Below are positions 1 to 14,876 of a stretch of DNA of 64,000 nucleotides, one piece after another. Numbering within the stretch: position 1 is the first letter of the stretch; the number at the start of each line of letters is the position of its first letter. Source of the stretch: the human T2T-CHM13v2.0 reference genome, Homo sapiens; the NCBI RefSeq assembly GCF_009914755.1, contig NC_060928.1, one strand, 5' to 3'. A model generated the notes under the pieces. The model did no database searches, had not been told where the DNA came from, and worked only from the letters and a program-made list of their open reading frames with translations. The position numbers and the translations under genes are program-made.

Positions 1-2202
1 AAAAATTTTAAGGAAAAAGCCATGTACAAGATTTTCTTTCTTAAACTGCTAAAAGCATCAATAGATTTGAGGATAATGGCACACAAGAATGTTATGTTTA
101 AAAATCATCCAAGTTAGAAACATAAACATGCATTAGTTAAATGATAAAAGGATATGAACTTGCAGTTGAAACAAGAGGTAGTGAAGTTTTAACTAAATGT
201 TGGCTTTAAAATGTGGTAAAGGAACCGGTGGAGCGAGATGGCTGAAAAGAAGACCCTACTGACCATCTCCCCAGCAGGAACACCAACCTCAACATCTACA
301 CAAGAAAAGCACCTTCATAGAGCTTAAAATCAGGTGAGCACTCACAGTGTCTGGTTTAAACTTCTAATCGCTGAAAGAGGCAGCGAAGCAGGTAGGAAAG
401 GGTCTTGAATCACCGAGGCCACCCTTCCCCCATCCTCCAGCAGCAGCTGCAGGGCATGGAGAATCTACGCACTTGGGGAAAGGAGAGCGCAGTGACGGTG
501 AGACATCACATGAACTTAGCGCTTCCCTGTCACCGTGGAAAGCAAAACCAGGCTGAACTCAGCTGACACCTACCCACAGAGGGAGCCTTTAGACTAGCCT
601 GAGCCAGAGGGGAGTTGCCTGTCCCAGCAGTCAGAACTTGAGTCTGGCAAGCCTTGCCACCATGGGCTAAAGGGGGAGCTCCAAATAAACTTGAAAGGCA
701 ATCTAGGCCGCGAGGCCTGTGATTCCCGGACAGGTCCTTGGACAGGTCCTAGTGCTAAGCTGGGTTCGAAGCCAGTGGACTTAAAAGGCATACAACCTAC
801 TAAGACACCAGCCAGGGTGGCTAAGGGAGTGCTTGCGCCATTCCCCCAACCCCAGGCAGCACAGCTTACAGCTCTGAAAGAGATCCTTTCATTCCCCTTG
901 CAGAGAGGAGAGGGTAAAGAGGACTTTGTCTTGCATCTTGGATAACAGCTCGGCCACAGTAAGATGGACAGGTACCCACCAGTCAGGGTTGTGAGGCCTC
1001 CTTTCTGGGCCCTAGCTCCTGGACCACATTTCTAGACACACCCTGGGACAGAGGGGACCCCTCTACCTTGTAGGGAAGAACCCCATTGTGGCAGGAACCA
1101 TTGCCTGATGACTAAAGAGCCCTTAGGCCATGCATAACCAGCAGTGACACCCAGGTATTATTCTGTGGGCCTTGGGTGAGATTCTGAGACTTACTGGCTC
1201 CAGATGAGACCCAGCACATTCCCAGCAGGGGTGGCTATGGAGCTATGGCTCCTTCTGCTTGAGAAACCAGAGAGAAAACTAAAGGGGACTATATCTTGCA
1301 CCTTAGGTACCAGCCTGGCTACAGAGGGGTAGAATACCAAGTGAGCTCTTGAGGTCTTCAATTCCAGAGCTTGGCTCTTGAATGGCATTTCTGGACCTGC
1401 CCCGACCCAGAGGGGAGCCCACTGCTCCGAAGAGTGAGTGCCAGGCCTGACAGTGTTCACCGCAAGCTGACTGAAGAGCCGTTTGGCCTTAAGGGAATAT
1501 CAGTAGTAGCCCAGAGGTACTCCCATGGGCCTGTGGTGGTGGCAGCCACCAGGCGAGTCTCCTCTACCTGTGCTAAGGGGAAGGAAGAGCGAGGAGGGCT
1601 ACATCTCATGGTTTAAGGGCCAACTCAGCTGAAGTGTAATATAACACTAGGTAGATTTCTAAGGTTTTTGACTCCAGTCCCTGGCTCCTGGAAAGCACCT
1701 TTTGACCCTCCTGGGGCCTGGGGGCACTCAGTGTCCTGAAGCCTGGCTGGCTTTGCCATCTGCTTATCACAGAGCTCTAGGGCCTTGAGCAAACCTAGGT
1801 GGTAGCCAGATAGTGGTTATAGGAAGCCTTGGGTGATACCCAGCACTGTGCTGGTTTCAGGTCTGACTCAGCAGTCTCAGTGGTGGTGGCCACAGGGGTG
1901 CTCGTGTCACTCCACCCCCCGGTCCAGGCAGCTCACTACAGAGAGAGAGAGAGGCTCCATTTGTTTGTGAGAAAGTAAGGAAAGATAGTGAGATTCTCTG
2001 CCTGACAATCCACAGAATTCTTCTTGACCTTATCCAAGACCAACAAGTCAGCTCAGTCTTACTGAGCTTGGGTGCCCTCTAATGCAGATACAGCTTAGAC
2101 CACAACATCCAAGTCTTTTCAAATACCTGAAAAGCGTTTCCAAGAAGGTTGGGTACAAATAAGCCCAGACTGCAAAGACTACAATAAATACCTAACTCTT
2201 CA

Positions 2203-3185
2203 ATGCCCAGACACCAACAAACATTCAAAAGCATCAAGATCATCCACAGAAATATGACCTTACCAAATTAGCTAAATAAGACACCAGGGACCAATCCCGA
2301 AGAAATACAGATATCTGACCTTTCCAAAAGACAATTCAAAATGGCTGTTTTAAAGAAACTCAAAGAAATTCAAGCTAACACAGAGAAGGAATTTAGAATT
2401 GTATCAGATAGATTTAACAAAGAGATTGAAATAATTATATAGAATCAAGCAGAAATTCTGGAGCTGAACAGTGCATCTGACATACTGAAGAATGCATAAG
2501 AGTGTTTTAATAGCAGAACTGATCAACCTGAAGAAAGAATTAGTGAGCTTGAAGACAGGTTATTTGAAAATACATGGTAAGAGGAGACAAAAGAAAAATG
2601 AATAAAAGATAATGAAGCATGCCTATAGGATCTAGAAAATATCCTCAAAAGGGCAAATCTAAGGGTTATTGGCCTTAAGGAGGAGGGAGAGGTAGGGGTA
2701 GAAAGTTTATTGAAAGGGATAATAACACAGAACTTCCCAAACCTGGAGAAAGATATTAATATCCAAGTACAAGAAGGTTATAGAAGACAAAGCAGATTTA
2801 ACCAAAAGAAGACAACCTCAAGGTATTTAATAATCAAACTTTAAAGGTCAAGGATAAAGAAAGGATTTTAAAAGCATCAAGAGAAAAGAAACAAATAATA
2901 TACAATGGAGTTTCAATAAGTCTGGCAGCAGACTTTTGAATAGAAACTTTACAGGCCAGGAGAGAGTGGCATTACATATTTAAAGTGCTAAAGGAAGAAA
3001 ACTTTTATCCTAGAATAGTATATCTGGTGAAAATATCCTTCAGACATGAAGGGGAAATAAAGACTTTCCACTCAAACAAAAGCTGAGGGATTTCATCAAC
3101 ACCAGACTTGTCCTACAAGAAATGCTAAAGGAGTACTTCATCAGAAAGAAAAGGAAACTAATGAGCGATAAGAAATCATCTGAAG
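2203..3185 (+). pseudogene. Disrupted L1 ORF1 of the L1MA element
   Basis: ORF1-like sequence (GAGAACTTCCCAAAC-type ENFPNL segment near 2729; TATCCTAGAATAGTATATC near 3007) with multiple stops and frameshifts. Boundaries approximate. Confidence 0.75.
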
Positions 3186-3862
3186 GTTTAGAACTCACTG
3201 GTGGTAGTACACAGAGAAATTGAGAATATTATAACACTGTAACTGTGATGTGTAAATTACTCTTATCCTAAGGAGAAAGACTAAACAATCAACCAATAAA
3301 AAATAATAACTATGACAACTTTTCAATATATACTAAACAGTATATACTATACTATACTATACTATACTATAGTATAGTATAGTTTCAATACTATACTAAA
3401 CAGTATAGTAAGATGTAAAGAGAAACAATAAAAAGTAAAAAGCAAGGGGACAAAGTTAAGGTGTAGAATTTATATTAGTTTTCTCTTTGTTTCTTTATTT
3501 ATGCAAACAGTGCTAAGCTGTTTTCAGCTTAAAATAATGGGTTATAAGATAGTATCTGCAAGTCTCATGGTAACCGCAAATTGAAAAACATAAAACAAAT
3601 ACACAAAAAATAGAAATCAAGAAATTAAATCATACCGCCAGAGAAAATCACCTTCACTGAAAGGAAGACAGCAAGGAAATAAAAAAGAAAGAAGACCAGA
3701 AATAACCAGAAAGCAAATAACAAAATGGCAGGATAAGTCCTTACTTAGGATTAATAACATTGAATGTAAATAGACTAAACTCTCCAATTAAAAGACACAG
3801 AGCCTCTGAATGGATGAAAAAGCAAGACTCAACCATCTGTTGCCTACCAAACAACACGCTTA

Positions 3863-4593
<731 letters not shown>

Positions 4594-7500
4594 AAAGAGG
4601 AGTAGCTCCTCTTAGACAAAATAGACTTCAAGACAAAACCCGTAAGAACAGACAAAGAAGGTCATTATATAATGATAACAGAGTCTATTCAGCAAGAAGA
4701 TATAATAATTGTAAATACATATGCATCAAACAGTGGAGCACTCAGTTATATAAAGCAAATATTATTAGAGCTAAAGAGAGAGTCAGACTTCAGCACAGTA
4801 ATAGCTAGAGCCTTCAACACCCTACTTTCAGCACCGAACAAATCTGCCAGAGAGAAAATCAACAAAGAAACATAGGACGTAATCTGCACTATCAAATAAA
4901 TGGACCTAGTAGATATTTACAGAACATTTCACCCAATGGCTACAGAATACATATTCTTTTCTTTAGCACATGGATTTTTCTTAAGGATAGACCATATGTT
5001 AAGTCACAAAACAAGTCTTAAAATTTTCAGAAACATTGAAATAATATCAAGCATCTTCTCTGACTCCAGTGGAATAAAATTAGAAATTAATAATGAGGGG
5101 AATTTTGGAAATTATATAAACACATGGAAATTAAACAATATGCTCCCAAATGACCAGTTGGAAAATGAAGAAATTAAGAAGAAAACTGAAAAATGTCTTG
5201 AAACAAGTAATAATGGAAACACAATGTGCCAAACCTATGGAATACAGTGAAAGTGGTACTAAGAGGGAAGTTTATAGCCATAAGTGCCTGCATGAAAAAA
5301 GAAGAAAAAGTTCAAATAAACAACCTAATGATGCATCTTAAATAACTGTAAAAACAAGAGAAAGTAATCTGAAAATTAGTAGAATTTAAAAATGAAGATC
5401 AGAGCAGAAATAAATGAAGTTGAAATAAAACAATTAAGAAGATCAATAAAATAAAAAGTTGCTTTTTTAAAAAGATAAACAAAATTGGCAAAGCTTTAGC
5501 CACACTAAGAAAAAGGAGAAGGCCCAAATAAATAAAATGAGATGAAAAAGGAAACTTTTAACTGATACTGCAGAAATGGAAAGGATCACCAGTGGCTACT
5601 ATGAGCAACTATATACCAACTAATTGGAAAATCTAAATGAAATTGACAAATTCCTAGACAGATGCAATCTACAAGATTGAATCAGAAAGAAATCTAAAAC
5701 CTGAACAAAACAATAACAAGTAATAAAATCAAAGTCATAATAGAAAGTCTCCAAGCAAAGAAAAGCCCAGGACCTGATTACCTCACTGCTGAATTCTACC
5801 AAACATTTAAGTAACTAATACCAATCTTACTCAAAATATTTTGAAAAATAGAGGAGGAGGGAATACTTCTAAACTCATTCTATGAGGCCAAATTGCCCTG
5901 ATACTAAAACCAGACAAAGACACCACAAAAAAAGAAAACTATAAACCAATATCACTGATAAATATTGAAGCAAAAATCCTCAGCAAAATACTAGCAAACT
6001 GAATTCAACAACACATTAAGAAGATCATTCATCACGACCTAGTGGGATTTATCCCAGGGATGCAAGGGTGGTCCAACATAAGGAAATCAATCAATGTGAT
6101 ACATCATATCAACAGAATGAAGGACAAAAAGCATGTGATCATTTTCATTGATGCTGAAAAAGCATTTGACAAAATTCAACATTCCTTCATGATAAAAATT
6201 TCCAGAAAACTGGGTATAGAAGGAGCATACTTCTACATAACAAAAGCCATGTATGACAGACCCACAGCTAGTATTATATTGAATGGGACAAAACTGAAAG
6301 CCTTTCCTTTAAGATCTGGAACATGACAGGGATGCCTACTGTTACCACTGTTATTCAACATAGTACTGGAAGCTCTAGCTACATAATCAGACAAGAGAAA
6401 AAGGGCATTCAGATTGGAAAGGAAGAAGTCCAATTATCCTTATTTGCAAATGATATGATCTTATATTTGCAGAAAACTAAAGACTCCATTAAAAAACCTA
6501 TTAGAACTAATAAACAAACTCAGTAAAGTTGCAGGATACACAATCAACATACAAAAGCCAGTAGCACTTTATATAGAAGCAAACAATCTGAAAAAGAAAT
6601 CAAGAAGGTAATCCCATTTAAAATACCTACAAATAAAATAAAATACTTAGGAATTAATTTAACCAAAGCAGTGAAAGATCTCTACAATGAAAACTATAAA
6701 ACATTGATGCAAGAAATTAAAGAGAACACACAAGAAATGGAAAGATGTTCCATGTTTATGAATTGGAAAAATCAATACTGTTAAAATGTCCATACTACCC
6801 AAAGCAATCTACAGATTTAATGCAATCTCTATCAAAATACCATTGACATTCTTCAGAGAAATGGAAAAAAAAAATCCTAAAATTTATATGGAACAACAAA
6901 AGACCCAGAACAGCTAAAGTTATCCTAAGCAAAAAGAACACAACTGGAGAAATCACATTACCTGACTTCAAATTATATTGCAGAGCTATAGTAACCAAAA
7001 TAGCATGGCACCGGCATAAAAGTCAACATACAAACCGGTGGAACAGAATAGAGAACACAGAAAGAAACCCACATATCTACAGTGAACTCTTTTTTGCCAT
7101 TTCCCAAGAACATACACTGGGGGAAAGGACAGTGTCTTCAATAAATGGTGCTGGGAAAATTAGACATCCACATACAAAAGAATGAGACTAGAACCCTATC
7201 TCTCACCATATACAAACATCAAATCAAAATGGATTAAAAACTTAAATCTAAAACCTCAAACCATAAAACTACTAAGAGAAAACATTGGAGAAACTCTCCA
7301 GGACCTTGAACGGGGCAAATATTTCTTCAGTAATATTCCATAAGCACAGGCAACCAAAGCAAAAATGGGCAAATGGGATCACATCAAGTTAAAATGCCTC
7401 TGTACAGTAAAGGAAACAATCAATAAAGTGAAGAGACAATCCATAGAATGGAAGAAGGTGTTTGCAAATTACTCATCTGACAAGGGATTAATAGCTAGAA

Positions 7501-9174
7501 TATATAAAAAGCTAAAACAACTCTATAGGAAAACGTCTAACACTCTGATTAAAAATGGGGAAAAGATTTGAATAGACATTTTAAGACATACAAATGGCAA
7601 ACAGGTATATGGAAAGGTGCTCAACATATTGATCATCAGAGAAATGCAAATCAAAACTACAATGAGATATTATCTAATCTCAGTTAAAATGGCTTTTATC
7701 CAAAAGACAGGCAATAACAAATGCTAGTGAGAATGCAGAGAAGAGGGAATCCTCATACACTGTTGGTGGGAATGTAAATTAGTAGAACCACTATGGAAAA
7801 CAGTTTTGAGGATCATAAAAAAACTAAAAATAGAGCTACCATATGGTCCACCAATTCCACACCTAGGTATATACCCAAAAGAAAGAAAATCAGTATATCA
7901 AAGAGATACCTGCACTCCCACATTTATTGCAGCACTGTTCACAATAGCCAAGATTTGGAAGCAACCTAAGTGTCCGTCGATAGATGAGTGGATAAAGAAA
8001 ATGTGGTACATGTATACAATGGAATACTACTCAGCCGTAAAGAAGAATGAGATCTAGTCATTTGACAACATGAGTGGAAATGGAGGTCATTATGTTAAGT
8101 GAAATACCCTAGGCATAGAAAGACAAACATATTCTCACTTATTTGTGGGAGCTAAAAATTAAACGATTAAATTCATGGAGATTGAGAGTAGAAGGATGGT
8201 TACAGAGGCTGGGAAGGGTAGTGGGGGCGGTGGGGAGGAAGTGAGGATGGTCAGTGTGTCCAAAGAAGAAGTTAGAAGGATGAATAAGACCTAGTATTTG
8301 CTAGCAATATAGGGTGACTATAGTAAAAAATAATTTAATTGTACATTTAAAAATAGTTGAGTATAATTGGATTGTTCCTAACACAAAAGATAAATGCTTC
8401 TCGTGATGGATACACCATTTACCCTGCTGTGATTATTACTGATTGCATGGTTGTATCAAAATATCTCATGTAACCCATAAATATATACACTTACTATATA
8501 ACAACAAAAATTAAAAATAAAAACATTTTTAAAATGTGATACAGTGTGGAAACTAAATAAATATGAAAAATTTTAGATGGTAAAACCGCAGTAAAGTAGG
8601 ATTGCTTTCACATATTGTTGGTGGCAGCCTAAATTTTTATAACCATTTTAGAAAGCAATTTGGCAATATAAGGTAAAAGTCTCTATATTCTTTAAATCAG
8701 TAAATGTAGTGCAGAACAAGCTAAAATATATTCTCAGGAAATAAATTGTAAATTATGATTAACTCAATATAGCATCCATTAAAATTATAATTTTACGATT
8801 CTAGAAATAGTGTAAAGTTATAAGTGGAAAATCATGGATATTAAATTACATATACAAGGTCATTGCTACTAGGTAAAATTGGTTTGTTCATTTGAAATAT
8901 GATATATAAAATGTACAAAAATGTTAGCAGTATTTTGAAAGAGTGATTATACCTGAGTATTTTTGCAATTATTCAAATTTTGTTATTGGTTATATGTGGT
9001 TTTTATGATTTTTTTTAAAGAAAAGTGCTCCTGGTTCCTGCTAAATGGACCTGGGGTCATTGGTTTTCTTTCCCCTTTGCCTTTTCACTTGATAACTCTC
9101 AGGTTTTCTAACTTGTCTTTTTATTTTCTCCAGGATTAATTTATCTAAAATATGTTGTTACCAAGGACAGTGCA

Positions 9175-9570
9175 TTATTAAGTTATTGCTGCAATAATAC
9201 TGCTGATCAAATCACTCTGATCTCAGTGGTCGACACTGAAGAACATTAATTTTTGGAGTGGGGGCTCCAAGTTCTGCAGACCAATTAGGGCAACTCTAAT
9301 TGAGGATGCAGGTTGCCAGGGCTTGACTCTGGGGTCTAGGCTGCAGGGCTGACCCATTCGTCTCATTTGGGGGCTAAAGCTCCATGGAGGTAGCTACTGA
9401 GGCATGCTCTTCTCATATACCTTTGCTGAATTTCTATTGGTTGGATGAAGTTATGGGACTAAAGCCAACATCAATGGGAAGGAGAAATATATCTCACCCA
9501 CTCTGTGATTCCACAAAGTCACATGGCAGAGGGAAGGAGCAAAGAATTAACAATAATACGGTCTACCATA
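9175..9570 (-). mobile_element. Old MaLR LTR (MLT1-family)
   Basis: GTTATTGCTGCAATAATACTGCTG...CTCAGTGG start and CTATTGG...CCAACATCAATGGG segment resemble MLT1 consensus; highly diverged. Confidence 0.55.
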
Positions 9571-9644
9571 AGTAGGTTAACTGTCATCTGTATATTTCAC
9601 AATCTCCATCTATAAGTAAAAGATGTTTGGTTATATAATCTCAT

Positions 9645-9785
9645 CAGCGAGTTATTTAACCTAAGCCTCAATTTCCTCCTTAAGTATGGATGATGATAGT
9701 ATCTGTTTATGGAATGCAATGGGATTAAATTAGATAATGCTTGCAAAACACTCAACATAATGTTCAACATGCTATCTGTTATTAA
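9645..9785 (+). mobile_element. MIR fragment
   Basis: Core-like GAGTTATTTAACCTAAGCCTCAATTTCCTC...GGATTAAATTAGATAATGC. Confidence 0.65.
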
Positions 9786-11909
9786 TCTTCAAGTCTCATG
9801 CAGCTGTGTGAGACATCTATGATATTTCACGGTCTACAATAAACTCTAGTATAAATAGAGACACAGGGAAAAGACAAGAAAAATCTCTCTCCACTTTACT
9901 TCACATTCTCTATGGGGCCTCCAAAGGCTAATGGAGATTCATTTCAGGTCTCTATGTCATCTGGATCACCCCTTGAGGGCTTATGTATAAACACTGAGGC
10001 CGGGTCATCCTTGGTTTTCAGGACTCTGCACTATTAGAGATGGTTTTAAGATGACTTGAGTGACGAGTTTGCTCTGTGCAAGAACTGAGAATCTAATTCA
10101 AGTTAAGGAAGATTTACAATCTTTACTTAGGTTCCAAGTAAATCTAACTACCTCTAAGAAGTTGCAGTCGCCAAAGGGATTCAGAATAGTCTCTGAGAGT
10201 TAAGTACCTCTGGGCCACCCAGATCTCGTGCCCTGGGAAGCAGGATACCCTGGCCCATCAAACTGACAAAGTAGTCGGCCATGGGATGGTCACACCTTTG
10301 TTATGTTCAGATTTTTTTCTTGTCTATTCACCTTATATTACCTAAAGATAGCATAGTCATCAACATATAAGCCCTATAAAGATTAATATTAGACAAAATT
10401 AAAATTATCATTAATGTAAAATTTCTAAAACATTATCAATATATTATTTTAATGCTTGCCCTTCATTTTAGCAGAAGTATTGAGGTAATTTTTCTATTCT
10501 GCTTACCTTTTTGTGGAAATGCTGTGAAGATACATTGATAAAAATATTAAGTATTTTATTATGTGATGTCATGTGTTATTTTGCTTTAAGGAGACCAGTC
10601 TCAACTTCTGATTTCCCATAAAATTATTATGGGAAATGTATTAGGTAGCACTGCTTCTTATATGTATGGCATTTATTAGAAACTGGTAGCATAAATCTTA
10701 AGAATAAGGAAAAAGAGAGAGAATTAAAAAGACAGAGAGAAAGAAAGAGAGAGAGGAAAGAAGGAAGGAAAAGAAAAGATGAGGGAAAGGCAGGAAATAA
10801 CTTGCCAAAAGGAAGCATGTTTGAAACTAATATAGCAAGGACATTAGACTATGCGTTATTTTGAATTTAGTTATCACCTTTTCTAGTTTTCTTTATATTT
10901 TTATATGTTCAATATTAAACATCCACCAAATTCCATTTACCTGCATTATCAAAGAATTAAAAAAGCATACTTTATCATGCACCTAGCTCTCCTTTTGTTC
11001 AGTTGAAACTCTGGATTAAACTCATTGAAGAGTCTTTGAAAATATGAAATAATCTGTTTATTTATCACCTTTAATTAAGGAAATATCCATTACCATGTTT
11101 CCAGTTGACAAGAATAATGTCTTGGTCATTTCGTGATTTATTATTTTTTAAGTACTTTTCAGATAACTTGTTCAGAATAGGGTAGAAAAAGTCATGTATT
11201 TGAATCATGTGTCTCACTCTGCGATTCAGGTACAGGCCTAAAACTCCCGGGGCTTTCATCAACATCGCATTTCACAGGATGCCACACTAAGCCACATGCA
11301 CAGACACGCTCCATTTGCTTCTTCCATTCCAGTGACATGGTGCAGTTCTCCTGCCTTCTGTTAGGCTGGGTTCTCCGTGGAGTGCTGGCCTGAGTGAATA
11401 CCGGAAAGAAGCTACTCCCTGAAAAACGCCTTTGTCTCCTTCAGGGATTCCTTCTCGTTACTCGGGGTGGCCCCCTTGCATCTTCCCTGGAAAGATCCTG
11501 CCGGTCAGGAGCCAGGCCTTGGTCTGTTGCCGACCATTCTCCTTCCCTCTTATCTCAATTCTGATAGGCCTTTTTCTGTTACCCACATCTTTACCTTCTC
11601 TCCAGCCTTCAATATTGTATACCTCTCTGAGTTCTCTCCTAGTGTATTAAAAACACTGAGCTTCCCTCACATGCACAAAACAAACAAAAACCCTATTTGC
11701 TATCAGGAGCAGCGATTCCTCATTACAAGAAATGTCTGAGTTCCACGAGGCGTGATCTTCTTCTGAATCTTCTGGCCTCGCTTATGCAATCACCTGCCTC
11801 CTCTAAAACCCTCCTTGCCTTTAAAACTATGCATCCCCACACAAGTTTCCAAAGAACCTTTCTTAAATTCAAAGTATTTTTCTCCTTGTTTTATAAAACG
11901 TCCTCCCAG

Positions 11910-12045
11910 GTTATGTGACTTTAACATCATTAACTAACTTCCCTGTGCCTTGCTAGGTTTCCTCACATAAAGATAAATAATACCTTCCTCATAAAGTAAC
12001 AGTGAGGATTAAATAATAATGTGTGAAAGGTGCTCAGTACGACTC
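11910..12045 (+). mobile_element. MIR fragment
   Basis: TGTGACTTT...AACTTCCCTGTGCCT...TTTCCTCA...GTGAGGATTAAAT...AAAGGTGCTCAG. Confidence 0.6.
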
Positions 12046-12808
12046 CAGATTCTACGGAAAAGATCAAGGAAAGATGGCTATTGTTGGCTTTTATTGTTAA
12101 TACCTCACAGCCCATAGGCTTCAAAACCAATGCTATCTTATTTGATATTTTAATTATTTGCTGTTTTTGGTTATCTTCTTATTTGATTTTTTAATTATTT
12201 GCTGTTTTTGGTCATCTTCTTTGGTCATCTTTGGACTCTCCCAAAGGTGACAGTCCTCCCACGTGCCAGTGCTCAAGTCCTACTCCAAAATAAGTTGGCT
12301 TTCTCTGAGGCTTAACACTTCCCAGTCCAGAGATATAATTCAGCAAACTACTCAAACTTGAAAATAACTTTAAAATCCCACCCTAATTCAAGCTGCCACC
12401 ATTTCTCATCTGGTGTCCCAAAGCTTCCTGACTCATCTCCACATGTCACGCTGCTGCAGCACATCCAAACCCACTCCTACACACTGTGCTGCTGGAGACC
12501 GTCACTGTGCATGGAAAGGTCCAAATCCCAACTCCCTAACTTCACCTTCCTGATTTCACATGTCCTGTCCTCTGCTTACCTCCCCACTGTCCCTTCAGCC
12601 ACTCTTCCTTTGTCTTTATCTTCTCTTACCTCACAGTTTCTCTCATCTCCTCCCAATTACCTTTTGCCCTTTTTAATCTTCTTTTTTAGGAAAATTCATA
12701 CAATACAATGTAAACTCTACCAGGATGTTTTTCCTCTCAAACTTCCCTCCTCCCTTCCTGCTTCCTCAGCCTACCTGACCGTAGGTAACATTCAAAGTGC
12801 AGCTCAAT

Positions 12809-13120
<312 letters not shown>

Positions 13121-13139
13121 AAAGTGCACCTCAAGGATT

Positions 13140-13400
13140 GCTTCCTTACAAAAGACTTCCCTTAACCCTCCAACTAAATCAGAAGCCTCTGTAACATCCT
13201 CTCATCCGTCTAGAGATCATTTCTTTCATGACCCTTCTCCAGACTTTACCTTTTGTTTATTTATTTGTTTGATTCTTGCATATGCTCGCTTGTCCTTGCT
13301 AGAACATATATGTTCAGTGAGGGAAGGATCCTTTCTGCCTTGTTTATTGCTATATCTCAGAATCTAGAAGAATGGGGCATAGAATAGTAAAGTTTCTATT
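13140..13400 (+). mobile_element. LINE-2 3' fragment
   Basis: GTTCAGTGAGGGAAGGATCCTTTCTGCCTTGTTTATTGCTATATCTCAGAATCTAGAA resembles the L2 3' end. Confidence 0.55.
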
Positions 13401-14662
13401 TAAAAAAGAGCAAGAATTGCACGTCCTTTAAAATATTTTCAATAAATATTTTTAAAAAGTCATTTAATGAATTTCATTGAATTGTGTTCATGGGACAATT
13501 AAATTGTCTCCCTCACTTGACAGTAATTCCAAGGGCTTATGGAAACCTTCTGCTGGTCGACTGTTGCAGGTGGAGCCTACACAGTGCACGGCGCGACGGT
13601 TGGGGCTCCTTTAATATTAGATCAATCAACATGCATCTTTAGGGTGCCCCCACTGTGCCTGCGTGAGAACGTGAAACGTTACTGCTTCCTCAGCCTTCTT
13701 TCTTCCACACCTCTGAGTGGCACCCTGAGGAGGAAGTGCTCATGACTTCCGTAGTGAAGGCTGTTCTCTCTGAAGATGTCACTGGGGAAATTTTATCCTT
13801 TCTAAATTTAGAAAGTGGGGGAGAGAAATGCAGCTAAATGGTTCAGATTCAGAGGGAGATAGTGAGAACCCTGAAAATGAATCATGGTACTTTTCACACA
13901 CATAGTGAATCAAAATTTAATGGCAGTGAAAGGCTGTTGATAACATTCCTTTAAAAAATCCACATAACCAAAGACATTTACTTGCAGAAAACTTCCTGGA
14001 CTTCTAAGTAGAATACTAGGCAGGTCTGTATTTTTAAATTTAGAAACCAGTCACAGATTTTTTTTCTCTAAACTTCATTAAGAGCTGTGCTCTGTATCAG
14101 CTGGTAAGCCTCTAATCCTACAAAGGTTGCTTATCAGGTTTGGGGAAAAAATATTTTAAAGGGAATACAATTCTTGCTCTTTCTTAAATAGAAATTTTAC
14201 TATTCTATATTACATTGTCGTATAACATGTCATTTGGTGCCCCTGGAATCTCCTGTAAAATAGAAGCGTACGCTAGTAAATGTCATGATGAAATGAAACC
14301 AGGGATTATGAAAGTTGTGAAGCTTTCATTAAATATAAAATCTTATATTCGGTACCTTAGAATCAGTGACTCTAATACGTTATTTTTAAAATTTATTGTC
14401 AATATTAGCCGTGTCCCCAAATTAAGAAACTGCACTGAGCGTTTACGGCATTGACTTAAGAGAAATACAGTCAACGTATTTTAAATATATTACCATCTGT
14501 ACCCAAATATAAAATGATCTTTAAATGTAAGGTAGTTCCCCATTTTATCACAAACTGTTTTGATCAACTTGAAATAGAAGCCCTTAAATGAAAGTGTCAA
14601 ATGTCAATTTACAATATTAATCATTTCAGTTACCCAGACATTTAAAATTACATATTCTGGTA

Positions 14663-14876
14663 CAGCACTGTTTAGGGAACTTTCTGTGATGACAGAAATG
14701 TTCCACATTTACTCTAATACGGGAGCCACCGGTCACATACGGCTAGTGGGCATGTGTGCCCACTTGAAACACGGCTAGTACAACCGAGGAACTGAATTTG
14801 TAAATTAATTTAATCTTAACTAATTTAAGTTTAAATTGGTTGGTGTGGCTAGTGGCTACTGAACCAGATAACACAG
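14663..14876 (+). mobile_element. MER3-like hAT-Charlie MITE
   Basis: CAGCACTG...GAACTTTCTGTGATGACAGAAATGTTC...GAGGAACTGAATTT...GTGGCTAGTGGCTACT...CACAG; flanks TTCTGGTA / CTCTAGAA resemble the hAT 8-bp target. Confidence 0.85.

Noticed and set aside
10700-10800. Purine-rich GA tract as a triplex-forming element
   Set aside because: Imperfect low-complexity sequence without clear mirror symmetry; common background.
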